63,255 nt of DNA, filler included, from Octopus bimaculoides (GCF_001194135.2; 4 parts of 4 records of this genome joined end to end with filler, not necessarily neighbours in it); one strand, 5' to 3'. Shown: positions 39,555 to 51,255, counted from the first letter of the whole stretch. Program-made: numbers and translations. Notes: generated by a model from the letters alone, not told the origin.

Positions 39555-39598
39555 NNNNNNNNNNNNNNNNNNNNNNNNNNNNNNNNNNNNNNNNNNNN

Positions 39599-40093
39599 GA
39601 TTTGTCTGAAGCCAACAGCAAATTATGAGTGAACATCTGCATTTCTCTCCATTGTCATGAACTCACTTCACCCTTTTTGGACAGACTGGTGACCTGTGAT
39701 AAAAAATGGGTTTTTTTAATCAAAATGTTAAGTGTTGTAGACATTGGCTTGATGAAGGAAAAAAGACCTAAACACTACTGAAATGGGAACTTCATGCATA
39801 GAAGGTTCTTCACTCTGTTTGGTGGGATTGCAAACGAGTGATCCACTTTGAGTTGCTAGAATCTAATGCAACAATCAATGCTCAAACCTACTGTCAGCAA
39901 TTAAAGCATTTGAATGCTGCTTGGAAACTGAAAGAGTTTTTCCCTAGTGGGATTAAAAAGCTTATAAGTAGATGGAAAGATATCATAGATAATCATGGAA
40001 ACTATATTGACAATTAAGTTTCATTAAAATGTAAGATTAGATCACTTCTTTACCTTATTTAAAATCCAGGCATTAGTTATGGGATGACCTGAT
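39599..40093 (+). mobile_element. Decayed mariner, internally deleted, with right TIR
   Basis: FLDRLVTCDKKWV; KVLHSVWWDCKRVIHFELLESNATINAQTYCQQLKHL; FFPSGIKKLISRWKDIIDNHGNYIDN*. It ends attagttatgggatgacctgat. Confidence 0.85.
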
Positions 40094-40144
40094 GGCCGCA
40101 GCTCTGAGCTGAAACTACAGCAAAAAAAAAAAAAAAATGTGTAT

Positions 40145-40365
40145 GTGCAAGTGTGTGTGTGTGTGTGTTTGTCCACCACTTAACAACCAGTGTTGGTGTG
40201 TTTATGTCCCCATAACTAATTGGTTTGGCAAAACAGACCAATAAAATAAGTATCGGGCTTTAAAAAAAACAAAGAAACTGATTTGATTCATTCTACTAAA
40301 AAATTCTTCAAGGTGGTGCCCCAGTATGGCCACAGTCTAATAACTGAAACAAGCATATAAAAGAT
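40145..40365 (+). mobile_element. SINE family A 3' half with systematic CpG decay
   Basis: Aligns to the 7188-7345 copy, but CpGs read TpG/CpA (tatgt, cccat, tttgg, accaat, ggtgg, gccac). Confidence 0.85.
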
Positions 40366-41041
40366 TTTAAAAAAATTATTCAAAGGTGACCTATTTTCTA
40401 TTATTAATATAATAAACTCCATATAAACCGGTGTCTCTTAATTGTCATTTATTTTCTACTATTCTATTCCACAAAAACGAAAATATTTTGTGGCTTCAAT
40501 GAAACAACCATCTATATTCATACATTATCATTTTGAGATAGAATGCATAACAAAAATATTCAAACCCACAAAATTAATAACTTCTATAAAATGATTACTT
40601 TTTGAGAACTGTATTAGGAAACTAAAAAAAATATATCATATCACCTTTTTACCATTTTTTTGTATGAGTTTATTCTGATTGATATAGTTTCACAAGTTTT
40701 TTGATATGAGGGTTCATAGTTATAAGAGATAAATGAAGGTCATCTTCATTTGTAGTTTCTAAATGATTATGAACTTCAGATGGTAGGAAAGAAATTCAGC
40801 TAAGACCTGATTCAGGCAGGTAAGAAATAGGTAAGGCAAGGAATATAATTTCCTTTCAGCTAAAGCAATGAAAATTTCATACTAATTTCATACTAGTCAT
40901 TAGGTTATTGAACCCATGTCTAAATTTAACCTAAGCAGTTTAATTATTCTGCAACTCAACAAGGTTTTCTAAAAGCGTGACATCAACCTCAGCTGCTACC
41001 TAATTTGGAATATTTATTTTTAGGAGAGCTTTGACCCTTAC

Positions 41042-41162
41042 TTCCCTTATTTCCATATTATTAAGCAATTTCTTCAAGTTCTCTTCCAGTTCCTTTTCCA
41101 TAGTGTCAAGGATTGGAAAATGCATAAACTTATGCCTAGTATTTATTCTGAATATATTAAGC
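41042..41162 (-). CDS. Candidate coding exon of an unidentified gene (LNIFRINTRHKFMHFPILDTMEKELEENLKKLLNNMEIRE)
   Basis: Open frame with donor GAA|GTAAGG at 41041. Possible acceptors are ttcag (exon start 41147) or ctttctttggaaag (start ~41162). It lies in the CpG-depleted block. No homolog recognised. Confidence 0.3.
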
Positions 41163-41284
41163 TTTCCAAAGAAAGTACTAGTATCCACTTTGTAAATTAA
41201 ATGATTTGTATTTTTACTTTGAAGCTTTGTCTGGCAAATCTAGGTTCTCAAATACATCTAACAGGTAGAATATATTTCATTTGA

Positions 41285-41412
41285 TTGCTAGGTTGACTTT
41301 GCCTTTCATCTTTTCAGGGCTGATGAAGTAAATACCAGATGAGCACTGGAGTTGATGTTATTGATTTAGTCTCTCCCCACAAAATTGCTGGCCTTGTGCC
41401 AAAAATTGAAGC
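41285..41412 (+). mobile_element. SINE family B 3' part, CpG-decayed
   Basis: ggttgactttgcctttcatcttttcagggctgatgaagtaaataccag...ttgctggccttgtgccaaaaattgaa. Confidence 0.8.
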
Positions 41413-41464
41413 TAGTTTATTTAAACACAAATCTTTAAAACCATGTTTTTAGTGGTGTATGTAC

Positions 41465-41538
41465 CTTGTTATAGAATAGGTCCATTATATCTTGGTATAT
41501 TGTAAGAGGTGACAAAAAGGGTTGGTGATAGGAAAACA
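41465..41538 (-). CDS. Candidate 74-bp exon (xFSYHQPFLSPLTIYQDIMDLFYNK)
   Basis: Acceptor poly(T)-ctggtag and donor AAG|GTACAT; only one open frame (phase 1 to 0). Confidence 0.2.
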
Positions 41539-41832
41539 CTACCAGAAAAAAAAAAAAAAAATCAGACGTTTGCCAACATGGAAAACGCTAATGATGAGTA
41601 ACAATTTCTGAAATTATGGTTTGACTTTATCAGATAGAGGTCTAAGATTAAAATATTTTAAAAATTTATGGAAAATGAACCGCAATTTCTTAAACCCTCT
41701 TGGCTACTATACTTCAAAATATTTTCTTTTTATTCTAGTTTTATGTTTAAAGTGAACAATAAGGCTAATAGCTGTGTACATTAATACCCAACTGGATAAC
41801 ATAATATGATGTTTAGCATTGCTCAGACAGAC

Positions 41833-41876
41833 CATTTTTCTTCTCCTTAATTTCTAAAAAAGTGTATGCTTCCTTT
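41833..41876 (-). CDS. Candidate 44-bp exon (KEAYTFLEIKEKKN)
   Basis: Acceptor ctgttttgtcatgttag and donor G|GTCTGT; phase 2 to 1, compatible with the 41465-41538 candidate. Confidence 0.2.
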
Positions 41877-42544
41877 CTAACATGACAAAACAGATGTGAT
41901 TACAATTTCTTGGGTTATCTTTGTTCAATTTTATCTTGTATTGTTTTTGAGTGAATTACAAACATCAATTATATAGAAAGATAATTTGTAGCTTCAAAAA
42001 TTGCCTTTACATACAAGAAATCAAATAACAAAATATAGACTTGTTTATGATCCAGTNNNNNNNNNNNNNNNNNNNNNNNNNNNNNNNNNNNNNNNNNNNN
42101 NNNNNNNNNNNNNNNNNNNNNNNNNNNNNNNNNNNNNNNNNNNNNNNNNNNNNNNNNNNNNNNNNNNNNNNNNNNNNNNNNNNNNNNNNNNNNNNNNNNN
42201 NNNNNNNNNNNNNNNNNNNNNNNNNNNNNNNNNNNNNNNNNNNNNNNNNNNNNNNNNNNNNNNNNNNNNNNNNNNNNNNNNNNNNNNNNNNNNNNNNNNN
42301 NNNNNNNNNNNNNNNNNNNNNNNNNNNNNNNNNNNNNNNNNNNNNNNNNNNNNNNNNNNNNNNNNNNNNNNNNNNNNNNNNNNNNNNNNNNNNNNNNNNN
42401 NNNNNNNNNNNNNNNNNNNNNNNNNNNNNNNNNNNNNNNNNNNNNNNNNNNNNNNNNNNNNNNNNNNNNNNNNNNNNNNNNNNNNNNNNNNNNNNNNNNN
42501 NNNNNNNNNNNNNNNNNNNNNNNNNNNNNNNNNNNNNNNNNNNN

Positions 42545-42575
<31 letters not shown>

Positions 42576-43024
42576 GTATATATGTATGTATGTATGTATG
42601 TATGCATGTATGTATGTATGTATGTATGTATGTATGTATGTATGTATGTATATTAATCGAAGTGTAAAGTGTTATTTATCTATTATAGCCGATCTTAATA
42701 ATCGGTTTCAAGCTAGCTATTCAACAGAGTGTTAGGTAACAGTCTGATTATGCAACCCTGTGTTCATCAGAGGTAGCCGGAATTCGTGTGTTGAAACAAA
42801 TCACACACACAGATATGCACACAAACATATTGGAATGCACACATAAGCAAACTTTCACATATTCAAACACACACACACACACGCACACCCTGTTCTGCAC
42901 TCTCCAAATAAGGAACTACACCTATAAACCTTAACGAGATGACAAACAAATCCCAAAAGTTCTGAGATGGAACAAACCTTAAAAAAGTCCAAACCGTTAG
43001 TGAGCCAATGTGCGCGCGCGCACG

Positions 43025-43060
<36 letters not shown>

Positions 43061-43216
43061 GGCAATTACGCAAGAGTACAGACAGAGCCACGTGTACGCG
43101 CAGGTGCACACGCAAGTACAAACGCATATATATATATACGAACACACGCATACATACTCTCACACACACTCTTTGGTTTCTCTAGCCTTCCCTCCTCTTG
43201 TAAGCAACCATACATC

Positions 43217-43293
<77 letters not shown>

Positions 43294-44050
43294 ACACACA
43301 CACACACACAAGACTAATTCTCAGACAGACTCACGGCAGACCTTGAAGAGAGGAAGGAGGAGGCATGTCATTGATGGGGTTGCAAATAGCAATGAGAAGA
43401 GTTGGATAAACAAACAGAGTGATTGTTTAACCAGCAAAGGAAAAAAGAAAAAACAAAAAAAATGATCGATTACTTAGTTGGTTAGATATTTAATCAATTG
43501 ACTAACAATAAAGAAGTGATATTGAACCAGTGCGTGTGTTTATTATTATCATTCCTATTGGCGTAATGTCCCACCCAAGATACTAGAATATACATATCTG
43601 TCTGTCTGTCTCTCACCTCTTTCTCTTTTTCTCTCTCTCACCTATTTTTTTTCTCTCTCTCTCTTGCTCACACGTGACCATCGTTCATCTTTCTTTTCTT
43701 CACATGATCATCTTTCTTTTCCTGCATGGACGTTCAAAAGGACAGACGTGTTTTTTTCCTCTCTCTCTTCTATCTTTTCTGTTTAAAAAAAAACAATATA
43801 TATTTCTCTCAGCGTTCATTATTTTCCCCTCATCCTGGTCTAACGACCCTTCATAACTGTTTTGTTTGGTTTCCTTGTATGTCTCCACTGTCCTGTTTTT
43901 GTTCCCAACTTTGACCCTCCATAAATCCTAAATTTTAGTTTAGAATTTATGAGACTAACTGTCTTTGAAGACTCATATTGTCGTTGAATGCTCGAAATGA
44001 AGAGTANNNNNNNNNNNNNNNNNNNNNNNNNNNNNNNNNNNNNNNNNNNN

Positions 44051-44062
44051 TTAATTAATTAA
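44051..44062. other. Artificial linker TTAATTAATTAA inside an N gap
   Basis: Flanked by Ns on both sides. Confidence 0.9.
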
Positions 44063-45126
44063 NNNNNNNNNNNNNNNNNNNNNNNNNNNNNNNNNNNNNN
44101 NNNNNNTATATATATATGTATATATATATATACATACACACATATATACATACATAGGCACAAATACCAATATACATCTATGTATGTGTATGCGTGTGTG
44201 TGTGTGTGTTAATTTGTGTATTTGCGTGTTTTATGTATTTGGGTGCTTGTTCGCGAGTGAGTGAGTGGGGGAGTAACTGTGGGAATGTTACTGCGTATGG
44301 GGTGGGTGCAGGTGAGTGTAGGGTGTGTGTGTGTGTTTGCGTGATTGTTTGTGTGTGTGAAGTTGTGTGGGAGTAACTGGGTGAATGTGACTGTATATGA
44401 AGGTGTGTATGTATGTATGTGAGTGTGTGTGAATGTGTGTGTGTGTGTGTATGTGAGAGTCAGTGTGTGGTGGGGAGAAGTGTTGGTGTGTTTGATGTGA
44501 GGACAAAAGCGTACATGTTTATTGCACACACGTTTTTCCTGTCCACACCTACAACTGACAATATGAGAAAGAAGTGATTTCATGCATTAACAGCGTTGAC
44601 AATAATAACATAAGGACGACGACAATGACAACAACAACAACAACAACAGAAGGAGCAATAAGAACAGGAACTAAAAAAACAAACAGGAACAACAACAACA
44701 ACAGCAGCAGCAGCAGAAGAAGAAGAAGTAACGACAATAACAACAGAACCCTTCCTTTCCTACCCAGATAAAAAAAAAACGGGAACAGCAACAGGAGTAA
44801 CAACAACAGCAAAAATAACAATAGCTAAAACAACAAAGAGAACAACAACAACGACAACAGCAGCAACAGCAGCAGCAATCGCAGTATGAACGACAATAAC
44901 AACTTCAACAACGACTGCAGGAAAAATAACAGCGGAAAAAACAGGAACTAAAAATAAAACCGAAGCAACAACCACAAAAACAAAAACAATAAGAGCGTTA
45001 AAAGCAGCAGCAGCAGTAGCAGCAGTAGCAGCACCAGCTGTAGCGTAAAAATGAACACGGGTTGCAAAAATTATAGCGGTAATTACTAAAATAAGACGTG
45101 TGTGTGTATATATATATATATATGGT

Positions 45127-45302
45127 CTTCGAAACGTCTAGATAGAATAGAGACAGCTGATGAAGGGATATTCCAAGGGGCTTTCCGTTTTCCTATGTGT
45201 TCGTTCCGTTGTCTGTAGTTTATTGTTCTAACGTCCTGTACCCTGATATGCATGTATATACACATGTAGATGTAAGTATGTACATATATGTGTGTATACA
45301 TG
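45127..45302 (+). mobile_element. Short dispersed repeat (copy 1) flanked by (TA)n, containing hammerhead half-motifs
   Basis: cttcGAAACGTC...cagCTGATGAagg...aacgtcctgtaccctgatatgcat...gtagatgtaagtatgtacatatatg. Confidence 0.7.
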
Positions 45303-45502
45303 NNNNNNNNNNNNNNNNNNNNNNNNNNNNNNNNNNNNNNNNNNNNNNNNNNNNNNNNNNNNNNNNNNNNNNNNNNNNNNNNNNNNNNNNNNNNNNNNNN
45401 NNNNNNNNNNNNNNNNNNNNNNNNNNNNNNNNNNNNNNNNNNNNNNNNNNNNNNNNNNNNNNNNNNNNNNNNNNNNNNNNNNNNNNNNNNNNNNNNNNNN
45501 NN

Positions 45503-45539
<37 letters not shown>

Positions 45540-45671
45540 AAGGGGACATAAAAAGCAGAAAAGTAGAAATTGATAGATAGATTATAATTTAATTATTTTC
45601 AACAGCTGTTTCAGTAGGAACAAGCGTAATTAATTCTATAATTACGTTACGTAATTAAGATATATAAGAAA

Positions 45672-45885
45672 TGGTTTCAAAATTTGGCAGAAGGCCAGCA
45701 ATTTCATGGGAGGGAGTAAGTCGATTGTATTGACCCTATTGCTTAATTAGTATTATGTTATCGACCCCCGAAAGGAGGAAAGGCAAAATCGACCTCGGTA
45801 GCATTTGAACTCGGAGCGTAAAGCCGGACGAAATGTCGCTAAGCATCTTGCCTGGTGATGTAACGATTCTGCCAGCTCGTGGCCT
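45672..45885 (-). mobile_element. SINE family B, full length
   Basis: Reverse complement of ggccacgagctggcagaatcgttac...gcttagcgacatttcgtccggc...aatttcatgggagg. Confidence 0.88.
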
Positions 45886-46444
45886 TATTAAGATACATAA
45901 TTGATGAAAATTATAATTAAAAGCATTGCTTATCCCAGATCCTGAGATTTTAATTAGTGTGACGCCCACACACGTGCGCACACACAAACAAACATACCTT
46001 TTAGTGAGGGAGTACGGCACTGCCCATGTTCGTTGATAGACCTATTGAGATAGGTGAAGGGGAGGAGGGGCGAAAGGAGAGAGAGGAAAGGAGGGAGGTG
46101 TCTTCAAACCAGAAACCGTGCCTTAATAACTACTACGGAATGAACTCTGCTAAAAGGCACCCAATGTGAGAGAAAGTTCAACTGGGTGTGAGGAATTAAG
46201 TGTCTCACTCAAAGAGGCCGTAGCGGTTTTCGAATTCCGAACCCCAAAAGCCGGAACGAATAGTACAGAACATCCGTCTTGTCATTCTCACAATTCCGCC
46301 AATCCACAGCCTCGAATGGTGATCTTTTTATTAACCCAGATACGAGGAGAAGCAAAATGAGCTTCGACTGGATTTGAAATCAGGGCACGGAATAAATTCC
46401 TCACAAACGTATCACAAGGCACAGTATTTATAACTGCAGGCTCG

Positions 46445-46575
46445 GCTGCGTGTTAAGTAGCCTGCTTGCCAACCACATGGTTCCGGGTTCAATCTCACTG
46501 CGTGGCACTATGGGCAGATGTCTTCTACTATACCCTCGGCCCTCGGGCCAACCAAGGCCTTCTAAGTGGATTTGG
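46445..46575 (+). mobile_element. SINE family A head (runs into a gap)
   Basis: ggctgcgtgttaagtagcctgcttgccaaccacatggttccgggttcaatctcactgcgtggcactatgggcagatgtcttctacta. Confidence 0.88.
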
Positions 46576-46710
46576 NNNNNNNNNNNNNNNNNNNNNNNNN
46601 NNNNNNNNNNNNNNNNNNNNNNNNNNNNNNNNNNNNNNNNNNNNNNNNNNNNNNNNNNNNNNNNNNNNNNNNNNNNNNNNNNNNNNNNNNNNNNNNNNNN
46701 NNNNNNTATA

Positions 46711-46880
46711 TCTTCGAAATGCTTAGTTTTAGAATGGTGGCAGCTGATGAAGGAAATGTTCTCTATGTGGCCTGTGTGTTTTCTGTACTCCGTTTATCAT
46801 TTTGTCTACATTTTTTGCAACGTCCTGTACCCAGATATGCATCTATATATACAGGTAGATGTAAGTATGTACATATATGT
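46711..46880 (+). mobile_element. Short dispersed repeat (copy 2 of 45127-45302)
   Basis: tcttcgaaatgc...gcagctgatgaaggaaatgttc...aacgtcctgtacccagatatgcat...gtagatgtaagtatgtacatatatg. Confidence 0.7.
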
Positions 46881-46911
46881 ACGTATATATGCATATACTC
46901 ATATATTATTT

Positions 46912-46949
<38 letters not shown>

Positions 46950-47103
46950 GTATGTATGTATATACACGCACATAATACATATACATACAGACATACTCAT
47001 ACACATGCACACACACAATCATTGATGAGGTTCGAATAACGACCTGTGGGGTGTTAGATTAATATAAATAATGTATATGTGTGTGTGTCTTGCTATCTAT
47101 CTA

Positions 47104-47135
<32 letters not shown>

Positions 47136-47654
47136 TCTATCCATATGTATAAATGTCTCTACAATTTATTTCTATGCAGAATCATATATATATGTTCATG
47201 GTTGAGTATGTGTGTGTGTGTGTGTCTGTACGTATGATGTATGCATCGTATTTATTTATTTCTTGAGAGGAGATATATATAATGCCATAAACTTTGACAC
47301 TCGTCATCTTCCATTGCATTAGTGAAGGCAAGGAGAGGAAGAGGAGAAGCAGGAGTGAGTTGAAGGGGAGGAGGAGGAGGGAAGAAGGTGAATGGAGAGG
47401 AAGAGAAGGAGGAGGAGGAGGGCGAAGAAGTGTGGAAGCTTCCGAGTGGCAGACGAGACTTATTTTATTGCTATTTGCTTGGTCTCCAGGGATGTTCAAA
47501 CGGAAGGTTCGTGGTGGTGGTGGTGGTGGTAGTAGTAGTGGTGGTGGTGGTGGTGGTGGTGGTGGTGGTCACTCTTAATACGATCTCAATCACCACCACC
47601 ACCATCACCACCACGATCGCCTATGCTCACTTATACACACAAATTCACGCATGT

Positions 47655-48120
47655 GGAGACGCATGGCTCAGTAGTTAAGGTGTTGGACTCAAGATCGAAA
47701 GATTGCGGTTTCGATTCCTGAACCGAGCAAAGAGTTGAGTTCTTGAGCAAAACACTTCATTTCACATAACTCCAGTTCACTAAGCTTGAACCAGAGTTCA
47801 AAATCTTCTAAGTGTATTTGGTAGACGGAAACTGAAAGAAGCCCATCGTATGTATACATGCATGTATGTCTGTATGTCTGTATGTATGTATATATGCATG
47901 TGTGTGTGTGTGTGCCTGTCTCTGTCCGCAGCCCCTCACTGCTTGAGAACCGGTGTTGGTGCGTTTACCTCCTAGTAACTTAGCAGTTCGGCAAAAGTGA
48001 TCGATAAAATAATTACCAGGTTTAACAAAAATCTAAGTTCTGAGGTCTAAAAATTCCTCAAGGCGGTGCCCCAGCACGGCCGCAGTCTAATGACTGTATC
48101 GAACAAAAGACAAAAGATAA
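47655..48120 (+). mobile_element. Chimeric SINE: non-family-A tRNA head joined to a family A body and tail
   Basis: Head gcatggctcagtagttaaggtgttggactc...ggtttcgattcctgaaccg, then ttggtagacggaaactgaaagaagcccatcg ... ggcggtgccccagcacggccgcagtctaatgactg. Confidence 0.7.
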
Positions 48121-48344
48121 CTACGAGTAGCTTGCACATCAACGCTGACACTGACAGGATCAATGATAAATGGAGGGATCGAGGTAGAGGAATAAAACCC
48201 ACTTCGAATGGCCTTAAGACGCCGCATCGTTTCGTTGTGAACACCAGAGAAAGGGAGACATCACGTGTTTGCATATCCAACATTGGAAATTCATTAGGAA
48301 TACTCTGCCAAAAAATATTTAAGATTTTCATAGAAAATTCAAGC

Positions 48345-48930
48345 CTGAGAGTTGAATCGCTCGAAAGTTCTGCATATTCTTCTTAGCTTTTAATGGCAGA
48401 TGTTTTACGCGCTCTGCAACAACCGTGAACGAAGTTTTGGATTCAATCCAATTGGTAATGCCTAATTCTGGCAAAAAAATATTTCTGGAAATTGCTTTCT
48501 CCAAATGATCAATTATTATTTGCTTGATCAAACCAAAATTCTATGCATTTTCAAAAATAAAATCATGTTCAACGGAGAACATTTCTGATTCATAATTTTC
48601 TATTTAGCATGTCGATATGCTTTATTTTTGTTTCTGTGAAAGCTTGAATTTTAGATTCAGATAGGAAAATATTGGTGTTCTCTCCTTTTAGAGACATTAA
48701 ATTCATTAAGTTTTCCAAAACCATTCAACAAATAGCATAATTTACAAAACCAATCTTCTTTTCGAAACAAATTAGCCAAATCTGAATTTCGTTACGACAG
48801 GAGGAATATTATGACATCATATTTTAAATTCTAATGGCTGTTTCAAAGCTCATTCATTTGAGAAACATAACGCTTCTGTTTCCAATAAAAGTTTGCTGAA
48901 ATTAGATTCCATTTCGCGAAAGAGATTTGC
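48345..48930 (-). mobile_element. Decayed hAT-Charlie (ZBED/GTF2IRD2-like) transposase fragment
   Basis: ...SLKGENTNIFLSESKIQAF... and IIIDHLEK...IFLPELGITNWI...HLPLK. These resemble LNELNLSLQGxNTNIF...KIxAF and EHL...YFP...NWIxNPF...LPLK. Confidence 0.7.
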
Positions 48931-48949
48931 AGAGAGGCGTCTATTGAGT

Positions 48950-49215
48950 ACACGATTCTTCGCCTATCTTGTATATTAGATATGATACGCAGGACATATT
49001 ACCTCGGTGCTCATGCACCGTCCATGATATCGTATTCCTAATTTTATCTGTTCTTTTTATCACATATGAAACACAAAACATATTTCCCTGGCATCCACGC
49101 AACATACATGATACACATTCCCAATGTTGCTTGTATGGTGTATCCCATGTTATACACAGGACACACTTCTCTGGTGTCCATGTATCATATAGGATACACG
49201 ATTCCCAATGTTCTT
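48950..49215. repeat. Degenerate ~84-bp (2 x ~42 bp) minisatellite, ~3.3 units
   Basis: Unit starts at 48981, 49065 and 49148 share gatacac.ggacac.tt.cc.tgg...c.tg...catacatgatacac.attccca. Confidence 0.75.
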
Positions 49216-49296
49216 CAACCACCACAGTAATTTAGGACTAATGACAGGAAAGCTGCTATATGTAAATCTCACAACGAGAGATATTCAGCAACAGTA

Positions 49297-49543
49297 CTTT
49301 GGAGTAAAGATTATTTGCCAACATAACATGGTAGTCCTGGTTTAGGATGAATGTTGCTGTAATTTAGCCCCAGGAGACATCGTCTCCAGCTGGCTATACG
49401 ACACGATCTGTGTCCTTATATTTTCGACACAGATCGTGTCGTATAACCAGCTGGAGACGATGTCTCCTGGGGCTAAATTACAATAACATTCGTCCTAGAT
49501 CAGGACTGCCATGTTATGTTGGCAAATAATCTTTACTCGAAAG
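49297..49543. repeat. 247-bp foldback: 118-bp arms, 11-nt loop
   Basis: Arms 49297-49414 and 49426-49543 with 8 mismatches; homologous to the arms of 22029-22374. Confidence 0.95.
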
Positions 49544-49879
49544 CAAAGCTTTATATTATTCAGAACGTATGAAATAAGAACAATCTATAAATAAGCACGG
49601 ACGTTTAGGAGAAATTTATGAAAATGCTTCAAACAGGCAAAGGATTAATGAATTTAATAATTTTTACTGCATCTTGCGACACTGCATTCAGATCTGCAGG
49701 GATTTTTTTTAGACACAAACGCCTCTCAGTGGGTAGCGATGTGGCGGTGAGAGAGGTGATTTGTTCTACTAGACCTTTCAAAGCGGTGCTCCAACATGAC
49801 CACAATCCTATGCCAGAACCAAATAAAAGATAAGAAAACCTATTTCACTTCTTGCAGAAAGTTCCTCGCCATATTGATT

Positions 49880-50250
49880 ACCATTAATTTCTGAAATACG
49901 ACAAGCAACAAAATTATTTGAATGACTAAATTTCCTTAATTCACAAACTCATTTTTTTGGTAATTCTGCGAACGATTTCTGTCATGTTAATCGTTGCTGT
50001 TAACACGAATTCTTCGCCGATGCTGGGTGGATTTTTTTTTTTTAATTTTTAACTGTTGCATTTAAATATTTAAATAACCAATATCAAAGGACGTCCTTAA
50101 GTATTTCACTGTGTCGATTCTATGAATAAGTTTCTCAAAAGATTGCTTCTGTTTACTGAAAGATTCCAATAGCCTTTCAAAATGAATAAATACAACCAAA
50201 AAAGAACTCCATAGGCTCACTGCTAAAGGAGGAATATCTTGAATCAAAAC
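49880..50250 (-). mobile_element. Very old mariner remnant
   Basis: VSLWSSFLVVFIHFERLL resembles LSVWWDxKGVIHFELL; the end resembles KVIDNNGQY. Confidence 0.35.
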
Positions 50251-51147
50251 GTGTCTTTTTCATTTTTTTATAAGCTTCATACTCTCAGCCGTCAAACAAT
50301 CGTTACAAATTAAGCAGACAGACATTTCGTAGTTATTTTTCAAAGCAAAAGTAAATCCATATTGGAAATTATAAGATTCATTACATTTCCTCTTTTCTTT
50401 ACGCTTTTCTTTTTTATTATTTTTTTTTTTTTCGCTTTTTCCTTCGAAATTGTGTCTAAATCTTAATATGGTTGTTTTGCTTGCTTCTGTGTGAATTTAA
50501 CGGTACTCCTTTAAAGCCAGTGGCACTTCAGTTATGTCATCAACACCATTGCCACCGTCATCATCATCATCATCATCATCATCCCCATCATTATCATTAA
50601 CACCAGCATCACCACCACCGCTGCAACCACCGCTACCGCCGCCGCTGCCGCCGCCGCCGCTACCAACACCATCGTCGTCGTCGTCATCATCATCATCATC
50701 ATTACCACCACTATTACTATCACCACTACCACCATCACTGCCGCCATTATCATCATCATCATCATCATCATCATCACTACTACCGCCAACACAACTGCCG
50801 CCGCCGCCGCCGCAGATATTAAACTGCAAATCAAAAATTAGCTTGTATTAAAAATTGAGCAGAATGATGGTAAATTTCGTAGTAAAAAAGAAAAAAAAAA
50901 GCGGGTATGTTTTCGTTTTCTGAAATGGTTTAGGAATGGCGGAGTTGGGGGTGGATGGGGCCACACTGGTTGTTCCACGTCCACGTAGAATGAGATTTAA
51001 AATGTGAAACGTTTCCTTTTTATTTTCACATTTATCGACACGGCTTGCAGTAAATTTTAAGATTGTGGATTTCTTTTTGAATGTATAACTGCAAATGTAT
51101 ACATACGTACATACATACACACATGCATGCATACACACGCATATACA

Positions 51148-51179
<32 letters not shown>

Positions 51180-51255
51180 CACACATTTTAAAAATGTAAC
51201 CGCGTGTGTATCGTTGGTGATTTTCTTCCTCCGTCTTCCCTTCCTTTGGACGTTC

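Noticed and set aside
40758-40784. Plus-strand micro-exon FLNDYELQM
   Set aside because: Weak donor and no supporting neighbouring exon; the stronger downstream donor includes stops in all frames.
41310-41330. CTGATGA as another hammerhead core (also 12896 and 16551)
   Set aside because: It is a CpG-decayed SINE or LINE/PLE coding sequence, with no stem II-GAAA following.
48941-49235. C2H2 zinc-finger array suggested by the 84-bp period
   Set aside because: No CxxC/HxxxH or TGEKP pattern in any frame.
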